A DNA stretch of 40,000 nucleotides from contig JAAYCY010000063.1 in NCBI GenBank assembly GCA_012729535.1, positions 1 through 40,000 on the forward strand. Reading direction: 5' to 3'. The translations under genes and the position numbers were made by a program. The DNA is from Methanomicrobiales archaeon. GTDB lineage: Archaea > Halobacteriota > Methanomicrobia > Methanomicrobiales > Methanospirillaceae. The notes beneath the pieces were generated by a model. The model made no database searches. It was not told the origin of the DNA and saw only the letters and a program-made list of their open reading frames with translations. This document shows positions 18,824 to 27,914 of this stretch, piece after piece (position 1 is the first letter of the stretch; every line of letters starts with the position of its first letter).

Positions 18824-21466
18824 ATGTCAATAAAATTCCTGTATGTCCTGGTCGCCCTGGTCCTGGTATGTGGGCTAACAACTGCGGTGGTCGTTCCCCA
18901 GGTGAACGTCCCATCTCCTTCCTCCGGACCTCTGGTCTCTTCCGGGGTCAAAGAGTCGCCCCTGCTCTCTCATCCGGTGATGAGGTCGTCATTTGCACCG
19001 GTGGTGCACAGTCCGGCTGAGTCATCCATCGTGGGTGGTGCGGGCCCTATTGGGGTGACAAGCGGGGAAGTGAAGGCAGAGAGATCCGTGTCCTCCACTC
19101 CGGAGGGGATCCCATTGAATCCAGAAGGAGGGGACGGGTATAGATTCACTGGTGATTATTCAGATGGGACAATCTATATTGAGCACAGTGGAACGTATTA
19201 TCTGACAGATAATTTTCTTCAAGGCAGAGTTTATATAGAGTCAAATGATGTTATCCTTGATGGGAATAAAAAAATCTTTAATTCGGAAGGATTATCACAT
19301 GCGGCAATATATGGAGGTTTGAAGAATAATATTACGATTAAGAATTTTCATGAGATAACATCACGTATTGCAATTGAATTAGCAGGAGATTCATGCACCA
19401 TAACCGGAAACACGATTCATGGATCGGGTAAAGCCATATGGATTTCCACCATTTCAAAAGACCTTACCATCACCAATAACCGGATTTATGATAATGATGT
19501 TGGAATTTACTGCTATACCCTTACAAACACCGGAAACGGAGTGATCTACAATAACTACCTGGCCAACGATATTAACGTTCAATTTTATGCTGGTGATCCA
19601 TCGGTCTTCACCTGGAACCGACCCGGCGGTCCTGTCGAAGAGATCAACATCATGGGCGGCCCGAATATCGCCGGCAACTACTGGAGCAACAGTGCCGGGT
19701 CGGGATGGTCAGACAGCAGGCAGGATTCACACGGATATTCTACAACTGAGACGTACTCGGATGGAACCGGTGTCACGGATAATTACCCGCTTGTGAATAT
19801 CGCTGACCCGACCCTTACTTCTGTCACCCCTTCCTCCGGGGTGAACACTGCTGCTGCATCCGTGACTCTCACCGGGACCGATCTTCATGCCGGAGCCACC
19901 GTGAACCTGACGATGTCTGGGCAGACGAATATTACCGGAACGAACGTGCAGAAAGGGACTGAGTTTACCACCATCACCTGTTCACTTCCGATCACCGGTG
20001 CACAGGCCGGGGCCTGGGATGTCTATGTGAAGAACCCGACCGGACAGGAGACCAGTCTTGCGAACGGGTTCACGGTTCAAAACCCGAAACCGACCATTAC
20101 CGGCCTCTCGCCGAATAACGAAGTTGCCAACACCCATACCGCAAATTATCCGGTGACCGTCACCGGAACGAATTTTGTATCAGGGTGTACGGCTACTCTG
20201 AACGGGGTCGCAAGGGCAGTGACATACGTGAGTAGCACTCAGGTCACGGTGACCTTTTTGAAAGGGGATGACGATGCCGCTGGAAGTTACCCGGTGGTTG
20301 TTACCAATCCATCACCATCGGCAGGGGCCTCAGCCTCGTTCAATTACGTGGTTGGGAATCCGGCTCCAACTATCACCGGTATCACTCCGGCATCAGGGGT
20401 GAATACCGGGACGGTGGCAACAACCATCACCGGGACAAACTTTGTCGCGGGAACGAATACCGTGAAACTAACCCGGTCAGGACAGGCTGACATTACGGCG
20501 GCCAATGTAAACCGGGTATCATCAACAAAGATTACCTGCAACCTGCCATTATCCGGAAAAACAGCGGGGACATGGAACGTGGTGCTGACGTCAGGAGGGA
20601 AGACCGGGACGAAGACGAACGGGTTCACGGTTCAAAACCCGAAACCGACCATTACCAGCCTCTCGCCGAATAACGAAGTTGCCAACACCCATACCGCCAA
20701 TTTCCCGGTGACCGTCACCGGAACGAATTTTGTATCAGGGTGTACGGCTACCCTGAAGGGACAGAACAGGGCAGTCACCTTCGTGAGTAGTACGAAGGTC
20801 ACGGTAACCTTTTTGAAAGGTGATGATGATACCGCCGGAAGTTACCCGGTGGTCATCACCAATCCATCACCATCGGCAGGGGCGTCTGCCTCGTTCAATT
20901 ACGTGGTTGGGAATCCGGCTCCGACTATCACCAGTATCACTCCGGCCACCGGGGTGAATACCGGGACGATTGCAACAACTATCACCGGGACAAACTTCAG
21001 GGCAGGGGCATCTGTACAACTCACGAAAAGTGGACAAACGGCAATCACCGGAACAAGTGTGTCATTTAAATCAGCCACCAGGATAACGTGCAAATTACCA
21101 CTTAAAGGAAAATCATCCGGAAAATGGAATGTTGTTGTTTCAAACAAGGGCGGTAAGAAAGCAACAAAAGCGAATGGGTTTACCATAACCAGTCCTGTTC
21201 CAACGATTACCGCTGTGTCTCCCAAAACCGGAAGTATCTACAAAAATACCCAGGTGACAATTACCGGAACGAACTTCAGGGCAGGGGTATCAGTGAAGAT
21301 GATGAAGGGTTCTACAACCCTGACAGGGACTGTCACATCCATCACATCGAACAAGATTATATGTACGCTCCCGACAAAAGGGGCAGGAAGTGGGATATGG
21401 AGCCTGAAAGTGACAAATTCAGATACTACAACAGTCACGAAAACGAACACGTTCGCGGTACGGTGA
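18824..21466 (+). CDS. Secreted cell-surface protein: signal peptide, Pro/Ser/Val-rich linker, parallel beta-helix (PbH1/NosD-like) domain and six IPT/TIG domains
   Basis: The track ORF starts at GTG 18815. ATG 18824 (MSIKFLYVLVALVLVCGL) with GGTGA upstream is the more likely start. Beta-helix repeats: ITIKNF..CTITGNTIHGSG..LTITNNRIYDNDVGIY..VIYNNYLAN. Six units of about 92 aa, of the form PTITxxxP..G....V.TITGTNF, span about 19807-21463 in an A-B-A-B-A-A pattern. No C-terminal TM or sorting signal is visible. Confidence 0.8.
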   Translation: MSIKFLYVLVALVLVCGLTTAVVVPQVNVPSPSSGPLVSSGVKESPLLSHPVMRSSFAPVVHSPAESSIVGGAGPIGVTSGEVKAERSVSSTPEGIPLNPEGGDGYRFTGDYSDGTIYIEHSGTYYLTDNFLQGRVYIESNDVILDGNKKIFNSEGLSHAAIYGGLKNNITIKNFHEITSRIAIELAGDSCTITGNTIHGSGKAIWISTISKDLTITNNRIYDNDVGIYCYTLTNTGNGVIYNNYLANDINVQFYAGDPSVFTWNRPGGPVEEINIMGGPNIAGNYWSNSAGSGWSDSRQDSHGYSTTETYSDGTGVTDNYPLVNIADPTLTSVTPSSGVNTAAASVTLTGTDLHAGATVNLTMSGQTNITGTNVQKGTEFTTITCSLPITGAQAGAWDVYVKNPTGQETSLANGFTVQNPKPTITGLSPNNEVANTHTANYPVTVTGTNFVSGCTATLNGVARAVTYVSSTQVTVTFLKGDDDAAGSYPVVVTNPSPSAGASASFNYVVGNPAPTITGITPASGVNTGTVATTITGTNFVAGTNTVKLTRSGQADITAANVNRVSSTKITCNLPLSGKTAGTWNVVLTSGGKTGTKTNGFTVQNPKPTITSLSPNNEVANTHTANFPVTVTGTNFVSGCTATLKGQNRAVTFVSSTKVTVTFLKGDDDTAGSYPVVITNPSPSAGASASFNYVVGNPAPTITSITPATGVNTGTIATTITGTNFRAGASVQLTKSGQTAITGTSVSFKSATRITCKLPLKGKSSGKWNVVVSNKGGKKATKANGFTITSPVPTITAVSPKTGSIYKNTQVTITGTNFRAGVSVKMMKGSTTLTGTVTSITSNKIICTLPTKGAGSGIWSLKVTNSDTTTVTKTNTFAVR
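20062..21171 (+). repeat. Tandem direct duplication of a 555-bp unit (two IPT domains per unit) inside the surface-protein CDS
   Basis: GAACGGGTTCACGGTTCAAAACCCGAAACCGACCATTACC occurs at 20062 and 20617. The related GAATGGGTT phase recurs at 21172. My hand alignment shows 5 mismatches in the first 140 nt of the two units, including a 40-nt perfect stretch. The period of 555 bp equals 185 codons, so the duplication is in frame. Confidence 0.9.
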
Positions 21467-21472
21467 TCCACA

Positions 21473-22666
21473 ATGAGAACCTTTCAAATTCCAAAGTCGA
21501 GCAGGAATAAGCAATTTTTTTCCCTTATTTTCTCTATTTTTATCGGTATCCTCCTGGTATATCCGGTCCCTTGTCTTGCAGACCGGCTCCCGTCACAAGT
21601 CCCGGAAAACCAGGTCTTTTCCATTGATACCCTCATTGATGCAACCGGAACGGTTACGGAAGAGAGTGAATTAAACTGGATATTGGACGACCAGAACCTG
21701 GAGTTTATGATCGAGAACGCTCCCAATCTGGATGGTACCAGTTGGAATGCAGTCTGGCTTATTGATTTTATCTTCGATTACGGGGGAACGATGGATATGT
21801 TTGAATTTCTTTCCATCATCCGGGCGTATGATGGGGTGGAGATAGTCACCGTCGGACCAGATGATCCCTATTATGACTGGGGTATTCCGATATTGTCCCT
21901 GAAAGTCCCTGAAACACTCTATGAGACGATTATTACTCAAGATATGCCCGGACTTACCTTTGGAGAGATGCTAGAAAAATTCGAAGAGGGATACCACGTT
22001 GCCTATGCGTACAACCGGCTCCTCGAATATGACCGGGGCCATATCCATGACGGAAAAATAAACCCGACCGAAGAGATTGCCATCCTGAACTGGATGGATT
22101 CGATCCGGACAAATGGCGGAAAACTATCGCTCAATAAGAATATTGATTTTGATTCAACGAACAAAAGCCGTGGACTATCTAATCTGGAATCTGAAAAAGT
22201 GATGACATTTGCAAGCGTTGAAGGTGCTCATCTCCTCGGTTCTGAAACCTGGAATCTTGATGTGGCCGGAAACTGGGAGCGGACGAGAAATTCAATCCGG
22301 TGTGTATTTGCATCCACTTCGTCAGAATATCTTCCTGCATTCTGTAATGTCGTGAAGGCAAAAAGCGACCTTCTGAACATGAACTCAGGGCAGGTTTCAA
22401 CGAAAGGAGATTCGCGGATGGTTGCTGCAACTGCCGATGTTCCGGCAGCATTAAACTATCAGATTGCAGTCACTCCGGATGCAGAGTCCGGGTCAGGATT
22501 TGCAGACGGGACGGTAAAGACGCTCTTTGCAGGATCGATCATGGAAGCACGAGGAAAGAATGATGCACCATCTGCCACAAACTCGTGGAAGGATACGGCA
22601 TCCGTCTCCGGCGGAGTAAAATCGTTCCAGAAGAGTTTTGGGTATGAGTCTGGATTCTCCGTCTAA
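21473..22666 (+). CDS. Secreted protein of unknown family (397 aa), 6 nt downstream of the surface-protein stop
   Basis: ATG start. N-terminal signal or anchor (FFSLIFSIFIGILLVYPVPCLA/DR). Acidic, aromatic-rich N-terminal half and an S/A/G/T-rich C-terminal half. No C-terminal anchor. I recognise no domain. Confidence 0.6.
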   Translation: MRTFQIPKSSRNKQFFSLIFSIFIGILLVYPVPCLADRLPSQVPENQVFSIDTLIDATGTVTEESELNWILDDQNLEFMIENAPNLDGTSWNAVWLIDFIFDYGGTMDMFEFLSIIRAYDGVEIVTVGPDDPYYDWGIPILSLKVPETLYETIITQDMPGLTFGEMLEKFEEGYHVAYAYNRLLEYDRGHIHDGKINPTEEIAILNWMDSIRTNGGKLSLNKNIDFDSTNKSRGLSNLESEKVMTFASVEGAHLLGSETWNLDVAGNWERTRNSIRCVFASTSSEYLPAFCNVVKAKSDLLNMNSGQVSTKGDSRMVAATADVPAALNYQIAVTPDAESGSGFADGTVKTLFAGSIMEARGKNDAPSATNSWKDTASVSGGVKSFQKSFGYESGFSV

Positions 22667-22673
22667 TTTTTTT
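22667..22673 (+). terminator. T7 tract directly after the stop of the 397-aa ORF
   Basis: TAA at 22664-22666 is followed by TTTTTTT (22667-22673). The gene end is convergent with the AMMECR1 gene. Confidence 0.4.
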
Positions 22674-22779
22674 CCTTTAGCATGAAGACGAAAAAATGGT
22701 GGAGAAGCAAACCCGCGAGATCGGTTATGGAATAGGGTGGCACGAGTAGAAATCTCTATTTTTTTGTTTAAACTCAATT

Positions 22780-23349
22780 TTAAGACCCGCCTTTTTCCGA
22801 AAATATCTGTCCTTCAAACGTGAATATCTGAACCGCCTGCTCCAGCCAGCATCCTCTGGGAAGACCCGCCTTCATGCAGGTGTGGTCGAGAAACTCAGTC
22901 ACATTCCACCCCCACTCCACCGGAACCTGAGGAAGCAGAAGACCGGACCGGCCATAGCCTCTGACAATAAGCCCATGCTTGCCAACCGTTATTGCAGCAG
23001 GCCGGTCAGTAGGAACTACCTCTAAGAGTTCTGGTTCGGTCAGAACCGTAACTTCTACCGAGATATCGGGAAGTTCCTTTGGCGCAACCGGGGGAAACCG
23101 GGGATCACCGGTCGCTGCTGAGCAGGCCGCTTCTCGGATAGCATCCCGGAGAGGCATGACCGCATGAGGAAAACCGATACATCCCCGAAGATCGCCATGC
23201 TTGGTCAGCGTTACAAAGACCCCGCGTTTTTTTGAGAAAATCGTCGAAAAATCCGGTTCTGTATAGGATTCTCTGGTAATATGTTCATACAATACATGGC
23301 GGGCATGAGAAAGGGCCAGTTCCCCTTCTGCCGGTGTGAGAAGTTCCAT
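22780..23349 (-). CDS. AMMECR1 domain protein
   Basis: 189 aa. GVFVTLTKHGDLRGCIG and GLLLPQV motifs are characteristic of the AMMECR1 family. Confidence 0.88.
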   Translation of the reverse strand: MELLTPAEGELALSHARHVLYEHITRESYTEPDFSTIFSKKRGVFVTLTKHGDLRGCIGFPHAVMPLRDAIREAACSAATGDPRFPPVAPKELPDISVEVTVLTEPELLEVVPTDRPAAITVGKHGLIVRGYGRSGLLLPQVPVEWGWNVTEFLDHTCMKAGLPRGCWLEQAVQIFTFEGQIFSEKGGS

Positions 23350-23389
23350 GTATGATTGATAGCACCTGACAGTATTAATCTATCAGGAC

Positions 23390-23398
23390 AAAAAAAAA
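23390..23398 (-). terminator. T9 tract (minus strand) immediately after the GGR stop
   Basis: A9 on the plus strand at 23390-23398 abuts the TGA (23399-23401, minus strand). An imperfect inverted repeat and the AT-rich ATTAATAC follow before the AMMECR1 start. Confidence 0.5.
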
Positions 23399-24607
23399 TC
23401 AGAATGAATCAATCAGGTTTTTCAGACCTGCTTTTCCTAATTTTAATGCTACTTTCGGATTTGCAGCAATAATATTTTTTATTAGATTGAGAGTATTAAA
23501 GTCAGACATGTTCATTTTAGCAACCGAATGGATGATTGCATTCAGATCATCATCAATCAGTTTAACAAAGACTTCTTTTATCTGATAATTTCTCTCAAGC
23601 GCTTTTCCGAGGTATGATTCTCTCCAGGTCTTGTCATACGGCATCAGTTTCTGAGAAGATGTATCTCCCTGATCAAGACCTTTTGCTCCGACTTCTCCGG
23701 CAAGTTTTCCGGTGTAAAGCGCAGCATAGATACCTCCACCGGTGAGCGGATCAGAGACACGGGCAGCGTCACCAACGATCATCAGATTGTCTGCTACCGT
23801 GCAGGGGAGCGGCTGACAGATAGATACTCCCCCGGCGATAAGTTCTATGGTTTTACCATTCGGGAAATGACTCTTGACAAACCGGTTCAGATAATCAATC
23901 GGTCTGTTACCAGGTTTGCACCTGTCCCCACCGACTCCGATACCAACATTGGCCGTCTTCTCTCCTTTTGGAAAAATCCAGACATATCCGCCGGGTGCAA
24001 CATCATTGCCAACGAAAAATTCTGTTGCATGAGGATCAATATCAATTCCGGTCATGAGATACTGTGCACATGTCTCCATTTCGCGGAGTGGGACTGTTGT
24101 ATCAACACCACACCACCTAGAAAATTTAGATTCCACACCATCTGCAGCAATGGTAAGACGGGCACGAACTTCATGGGAAGTTCCGTTTTGTTCCAAAATT
24201 GCTCCCTTTACAGCGCCATTTTCCATGAGAGGAGAAACTGCACGGGTTTTCACCTGAACTTCCGCTCCAGCTCCGGCAGCCTGCCAGACAAGATCCCGAT
24301 CAAAGATCTTCCGGTGAAGGACATAACCAACTTCAGAACCTGCTCTTTCCGGTTCAAGTTCCATCTTGAACCCATCAGGGGCAATAATATTCGCCTTCTC
24401 TATCTCGGCAGCAATCCACTGGTCTTCAGGTTTGAAAAATTCATGGAGGAGCTTTTTCCCAACACCCTCAGCACATCGGACAGGTACACCAATAGCTGGT
24501 CTTTTTTCAGTAAGGAGAACTGAATATCCCTTTTCAGCAAAGGTCTTCGCAGCATATGCCCCACCTGGACCTCCTCCCACTACCAGGACATCATACTCGC
24601 GCTTCAT
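23399..24607 (-). CDS. Digeranylgeranylglycerophospholipid (geranylgeranyl) reductase
   Basis: 402 aa. N-terminal FAD fold [21 protein letters not shown] motif ([16 protein letters not shown]). Length and architecture match archaeal GGR. Confidence 0.92.
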   Translation of the reverse strand: MKREYDVLVVGGGPGGAYAAKTFAEKGYSVLLTEKRPAIGVPVRCAEGVGKKLLHEFFKPEDQWIAAEIEKANIIAPDGFKMELEPERAGSEVGYVLHRKIFDRDLVWQAAGAGAEVQVKTRAVSPLMENGAVKGAILEQNGTSHEVRARLTIAADGVESKFSRWCGVDTTVPLREMETCAQYLMTGIDIDPHATEFFVGNDVAPGGYVWIFPKGEKTANVGIGVGGDRCKPGNRPIDYLNRFVKSHFPNGKTIELIAGGVSICQPLPCTVADNLMIVGDAARVSDPLTGGGIYAALYTGKLAGEVGAKGLDQGDTSSQKLMPYDKTWRESYLGKALERNYQIKEVFVKLIDDDLNAIIHSVAKMNMSDFNTLNLIKNIIAANPKVALKLGKAGLKNLIDSF

Positions 24608-24777
24608 TTTTTAGCCTCCAAAGCCCCAAGAGGACAGACACGGACACATAATCCACAATTTATGCAAGTATTCGTATCGATATCCAGATAGGCATCGACA
24701 AGTTCCAGTGCCCCTTCCGGACAAACCGAAACACAACAGCCGCAATAGGCACAGATTTCCCGATGAACCTCGATCAT
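24604..24777 (-). CDS. 2x[4Fe-4S] ferredoxin (57 aa), absent from the ORF track because it is under 60 aa
   Basis: Hand translation gives [57 protein letters not shown]. It has two CxxCxxCxxxCP motifs. Its TGA overlaps the GGR ATG (ATGA at 24604-24607). Confidence 0.85.
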   Translation of the reverse strand: MIEVHREICAYCGCCVSVCPEGALELVDAYLDIDTNTCINCGLCVRVCPLGALEAKK

Positions 24778-24825
24778 TCCTTATATGGTTGGCGGGAAAT
24801 CCTTTAATGATTCGGTTATGATATA

Positions 24826-25947
24826 TCAGATTCCCACAATCTCAAATGACCCGTACCGGCCACCGCCGCCTGGATGAAGAAGAATACGACCTTCTCGAAA
24901 TGCAATAATCGCATCAGACAAAACAGGATTTATTGTACAGATTTTTTCAGGAGATGTTGTTGTAAGAATTGAGATTTCATCCCCTAATTTCTCAATACAC
25001 TGAAGATAAAGATCTCTGCAGCGCCGCGTGGTCGGACTTTTTGTTCCCAGAACACGCTGGATAATCTCAGATAGAGGTATCAGGTGCAGATATGGTGGCC
25101 TTGGAGTGACCTGTCCAGACGAGAGTTTTTTTGCACGGTCTGATACCCCTTTTTTTATTCTGCCGCCATCTTCAGGACATTTCCAGGAAAGTGCTGATGC
25201 TTCCTCATATGAAAACTGGGTAAAACACCTGCTGCATGCAGTCCGGTTATACTTCCCTTCTTCCGGGAAAAAGCCTACATTCATGACAATATTACTCTTT
25301 TTCACCGAGTCAAGAATTCCCTTCACACTAAAACTGGTAACATCCAGTACGGTAAACTCTCTCCCAAGTTTTGATGGTTCCGGACTATGGGCATCAGAAT
25401 TGGTAAGGAATGGGATTCCATTCAGTTCCTGTATCCCTGCCCCATAACTGCTGTCTGCAGAAAGACCAAGTTCCAGAACATCAACCTGTTCATCACCATA
25501 ACACGAAGAGAGTGAATCATGAGCCGCATAAATGGCCGTATAAGGTGTAAAAGCATGAGCAGGACCTCCGATACCTCCAACCTCATGTACATGAGCAAGG
25601 ATCTCCTCACCGGATAACTTCACTCGTGGTCTCCCATTTGATTCGATATCTTTACTGTATGGGGCGAACCTGGACGAGAGATCACATGCTGCATTATAAT
25701 CAGGAAGAAGAATTATGTGATGTACCCTTCCATTACCTTCAACTTCTGTTGTCGGAATTACCAGAATGTCATCAACAGGTTTTGTATTCTGCCACATCCT
25801 TCTCCATTCAGGATGAAGAATATCACCAGTCCCGATAACCGTAATACCCTTTACTCTGCAACCTTTTGCTATCTCTTCCGGCACCATCCGGGGAGATGAG
25901 GCCATTGAAAAACAGGAATGAATATGAAGATCTGCTGCACACTGCAT
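24826..25947 (-). CDS. PHP-domain endonuclease Q-like protein (TIGR00375 family)
   Basis: 373 aa. N-terminal ADLHIHSCFS and IGTGDILHPEW resemble Pyrococcus EndoQ. Putative Zn finger CSRCFTQF...WKCPEDGGRIKKG. The start lies 2 nt after the PAC2 stop. Confidence 0.75.
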   Translation of the reverse strand: MQCAADLHIHSCFSMASSPRMVPEEIAKGCRVKGITVIGTGDILHPEWRRMWQNTKPVDDILVIPTTEVEGNGRVHHIILLPDYNAACDLSSRFAPYSKDIESNGRPRVKLSGEEILAHVHEVGGIGGPAHAFTPYTAIYAAHDSLSSCYGDEQVDVLELGLSADSSYGAGIQELNGIPFLTNSDAHSPEPSKLGREFTVLDVTSFSVKGILDSVKKSNIVMNVGFFPEEGKYNRTACSRCFTQFSYEEASALSWKCPEDGGRIKKGVSDRAKKLSSGQVTPRPPYLHLIPLSEIIQRVLGTKSPTTRRCRDLYLQCIEKLGDEISILTTTSPEKICTINPVLSDAIIAFREGRILLHPGGGGRYGSFEIVGI

Positions 25948-25949
25948 AT

Positions 25950-26705
25950 TTAGCCGATATATGAAAGTTCATCCTCTGACTTTTTCTCCTGTTCCATAAG
26001 TCGCTGGATGACAACTTCCATCTCGACTGCACGTTCAGTCAGTTTTGCATCATCAATATCGATATTTAGGAGTTTTGTGAGGACTGAAAGGACCGTTTTT
26101 GCACTTTTCGGATCTACCAGATATCCAGATGTCTCGCCCATTAGACAAATACCCTCAATACCAAGAGGTATTGAAAGGCCAAGCATCAGACCCGCAGCCC
26201 CGATTATACCTCCTCCGGGCTCCCCTTCGCTGAATATCCCACCGGCATCTTCGACTTCTTTACGAATTTCAGGCCTGTTCACTGCAGCAATAACACGGGT
26301 AACCTCGTTGAAATGGCCTACCCCGTACCCTCCAATAGTGAATATCCGCTTTACTCCAAGTTCATGGGCGATATCAACATAAACCTGGGAAAGAAGGTAA
26401 TGCCCTTCTCCTGAAGTACTCTGGAAATCACCTACAAGAAAGAGAAAATTCCCTTTCTCTCCGGAGTAACGATAAATTTCATTATTACAGAGCCTGACAG
26501 ATCCGTCATCGTTGATAATAACCTGTGGAGGAAAATAAATAGAGGTGATTTCTGCAATCCGGACAGCCTCAAGCTCATGAATCATATGTTCAGCGACAAG
26601 TTTTCCAACATGACCTATCCCAGGAAGTCCCTCAATAAAAATTGGGGCAGTCCGATCTTCGGGAGCAATACTATCTGTAAATTGTATGGTAATATCTTCC
26701 ATCAT
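25950..26705 (-). CDS. Proteasome assembly chaperone (PAC2) family protein
   Basis: 251 aa. PIFIEGLPGIGHVGKLVAEHM is typical of the archaeal PAC2/TIGR00162 family. Its position after nop10 is conserved in archaea. Confidence 0.8.
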   Translation of the reverse strand: MMEDITIQFTDSIAPEDRTAPIFIEGLPGIGHVGKLVAEHMIHELEAVRIAEITSIYFPPQVIINDDGSVRLCNNEIYRYSGEKGNFLFLVGDFQSTSGEGHYLLSQVYVDIAHELGVKRIFTIGGYGVGHFNEVTRVIAAVNRPEIRKEVEDAGGIFSEGEPGGGIIGAAGLMLGLSIPLGIEGICLMGETSGYLVDPKSAKTVLSVLTKLLNIDIDDAKLTERAVEMEVVIQRLMEQEKKSEDELSYIG

Positions 26706-26772
26706 TGAAATAATCCATTTATTATGAAAACATACTAATCAGACCACAATAATCGTAATATTTTTACAAATA

Positions 26773-26922
26773 TCAACGAATCCTTCTCCGGTATGAACCG
26801 TATTTGTCCTCAGGTGAATATCTGAAAGGATGAGGAGTTATTGTGGGTTTCCCACACTGGGAACATATTTCAGAAAGAGTATAAATGTTATCAAAGGGAC
26901 AATACCTTATTCGCCCTTTCAT
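26773..26922 (-). CDS. nop10: H/ACA RNP protein Nop10 (49 aa), absent from the ORF track
   Basis: Hand translation gives MKGRIRYCPFDNIYTLSEICSQCGKPTITPHPFRYSPEDKYGSYRRRIR. This matches the Nop10 pattern YTL...CP.CG..T...HP.RFSPEDKY..YR. The ATG overlaps the aIF2-alpha stop (ATGA). Confidence 0.88.
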   Translation of the reverse strand: MKGRIRYCPFDNIYTLSEICSQCGKPTITPHPFRYSPEDKYGSYRRRIR

Positions 26923-27713
26923 ACATGTTTCCCGGATTTGGACTTCCGGCTGAATTTTCCTTCTCCGCCAGCCCGCTTCAGAACGCCAGTCGCTGCTGTT
27001 GAAGCCTTCTCAAGAGCTTTTTCTGCATCCTTATAATTTGATGCAGTGACCTTGATCCGGTAATTTGGAGCTCCAAGATAGGTAATATCAATCTCGGCTC
27101 CATCTACTTTGGGTTCAGCACTACGAAGAGCACGTCTGATGATATTGACTCCATCAGATTTGGTCGACCGAAGGAAAAGGTCTCCGGATATTGTGACCGA
27201 AGGAAGCTTGACATTATCAGTAGCGACAGTGTAGAGAGCATCAGCCAGTTTTGGATCAATCTTAAGTTTTCTAAGAGCATCTTTTCCTTCATTGACTAAC
27301 TCTTCAAATGCAGAATAGAGATCACCATATTCACGGTAGAGTGAATTGGTCAGGGCTGACGCTGCCTCAGCCTGTCCTGCTGCTTCTGCGGCAAAACCTA
27401 TCCACTTCCTGGCCTTTGACTCGTTCTTCCAGATACGAATCTTTTCCCGGCGTTGATGTTCATTTACATCCTTTAGAGAGAGATCTATGTGACCTTTACC
27501 GGGGTCTACGTTCAATACTTTGCATACAACTTTCTGTCCTTCCCGGATATGGTCACGGATATATTTGATCCAGCCACGTGCCACTTCAGCAATGGGAATC
27601 AATCCTTCCCGATCGTTATATTCGTCAAGCGTAACAAACGCGACGAAATCTTTTACATTCTGAACTGAACAGACAACAAGTTCACCCTGCTCAGGCCACT
27701 CTCTCTCCTGCAT
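26919..27713 (-). CDS. eif2a: Translation initiation factor 2 subunit alpha (aIF2-alpha)
   Basis: S1 domain (PEQGELVVCSVQNVKDFVAFVTLDEY) followed by helical and alpha/beta domains. The track start at 27728 is TTG. ATG at 27713 (MQEREWPEQGE) is the more likely start. Confidence 0.92.
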   Translation of the reverse strand: MQEREWPEQGELVVCSVQNVKDFVAFVTLDEYNDREGLIPIAEVARGWIKYIRDHIREGQKVVCKVLNVDPGKGHIDLSLKDVNEHQRREKIRIWKNESKARKWIGFAAEAAGQAEAASALTNSLYREYGDLYSAFEELVNEGKDALRKLKIDPKLADALYTVATDNVKLPSVTISGDLFLRSTKSDGVNIIRRALRSAEPKVDGAEIDITYLGAPNYRIKVTASNYKDAEKALEKASTAATGVLKRAGGEGKFSRKSKSGKHV

Positions 27714-27720
27714 CCGGCTC

Positions 27721-27909
27721 TCACTCAAATGCAGTTATAATCTCTGCTTTGATTTGTGCTTTTCCACCAGTAGGAGTGGCAAGGTTAGACCCGCAGACAA
27801 TGCAATCAACCTGTGTGCATGCCCGATCAAAGATTATCTGTTCATTTTCACAATCCGGACATTTTACTTTGAGAAACTTGCTTCGGTTTTCGCGTGCTAA
27901 TTTTACCAT
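27721..27909 (-). CDS. rps27e: 30S ribosomal protein S27e
   Basis: 62 aa. C4 zinc ribbon KCPDCENEQ...CIVCG. Typical S27e sequence. Confidence 0.93.
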   Translation of the reverse strand: MVKLARENRSKFLKVKCPDCENEQIIFDRACTQVDCIVCGSNLATPTGGKAQIKAEIITAFE

Positions 27910-27914
27910 GTTAC

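Noticed and set aside
18020-19020. ORFs in the long intergenic region (18020-18388, 18492-18818, 18497-18733, 18514-18696, 18663-18914, 18697-19020, 18760-18951)
   Set aside because: They are mutually overlapping in several frames and strands, with odd composition (R/G/P- or F/L-rich), non-ATG starts and no motifs. The region is better treated as a non-coding leader or regulatory region (see findings).
19800-21466. Periodic repeats that could be mistaken for a CRISPR or other non-coding repeat array
   Set aside because: The repeats are about 276-555 bp long, in frame, and encode IPT/TIG domains of one continuous ORF. There is no short repeat/spacer architecture.
22780-23349. AMMECR1 as part of an AmmeMemoRadiSam three-gene system
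   Set aside because: No Memo-like or radical-SAM activase gene is adjacent. The neighbours are GGR and the unrelated convergent secreted-protein gene, so the system is not present in this window.
23867-24523. A 218-aa plus-strand ORF antisense to geranylgeranyl reductase
   Set aside because: GGR homology on the minus strand is unambiguous. The antisense ORF has no start context or motifs.
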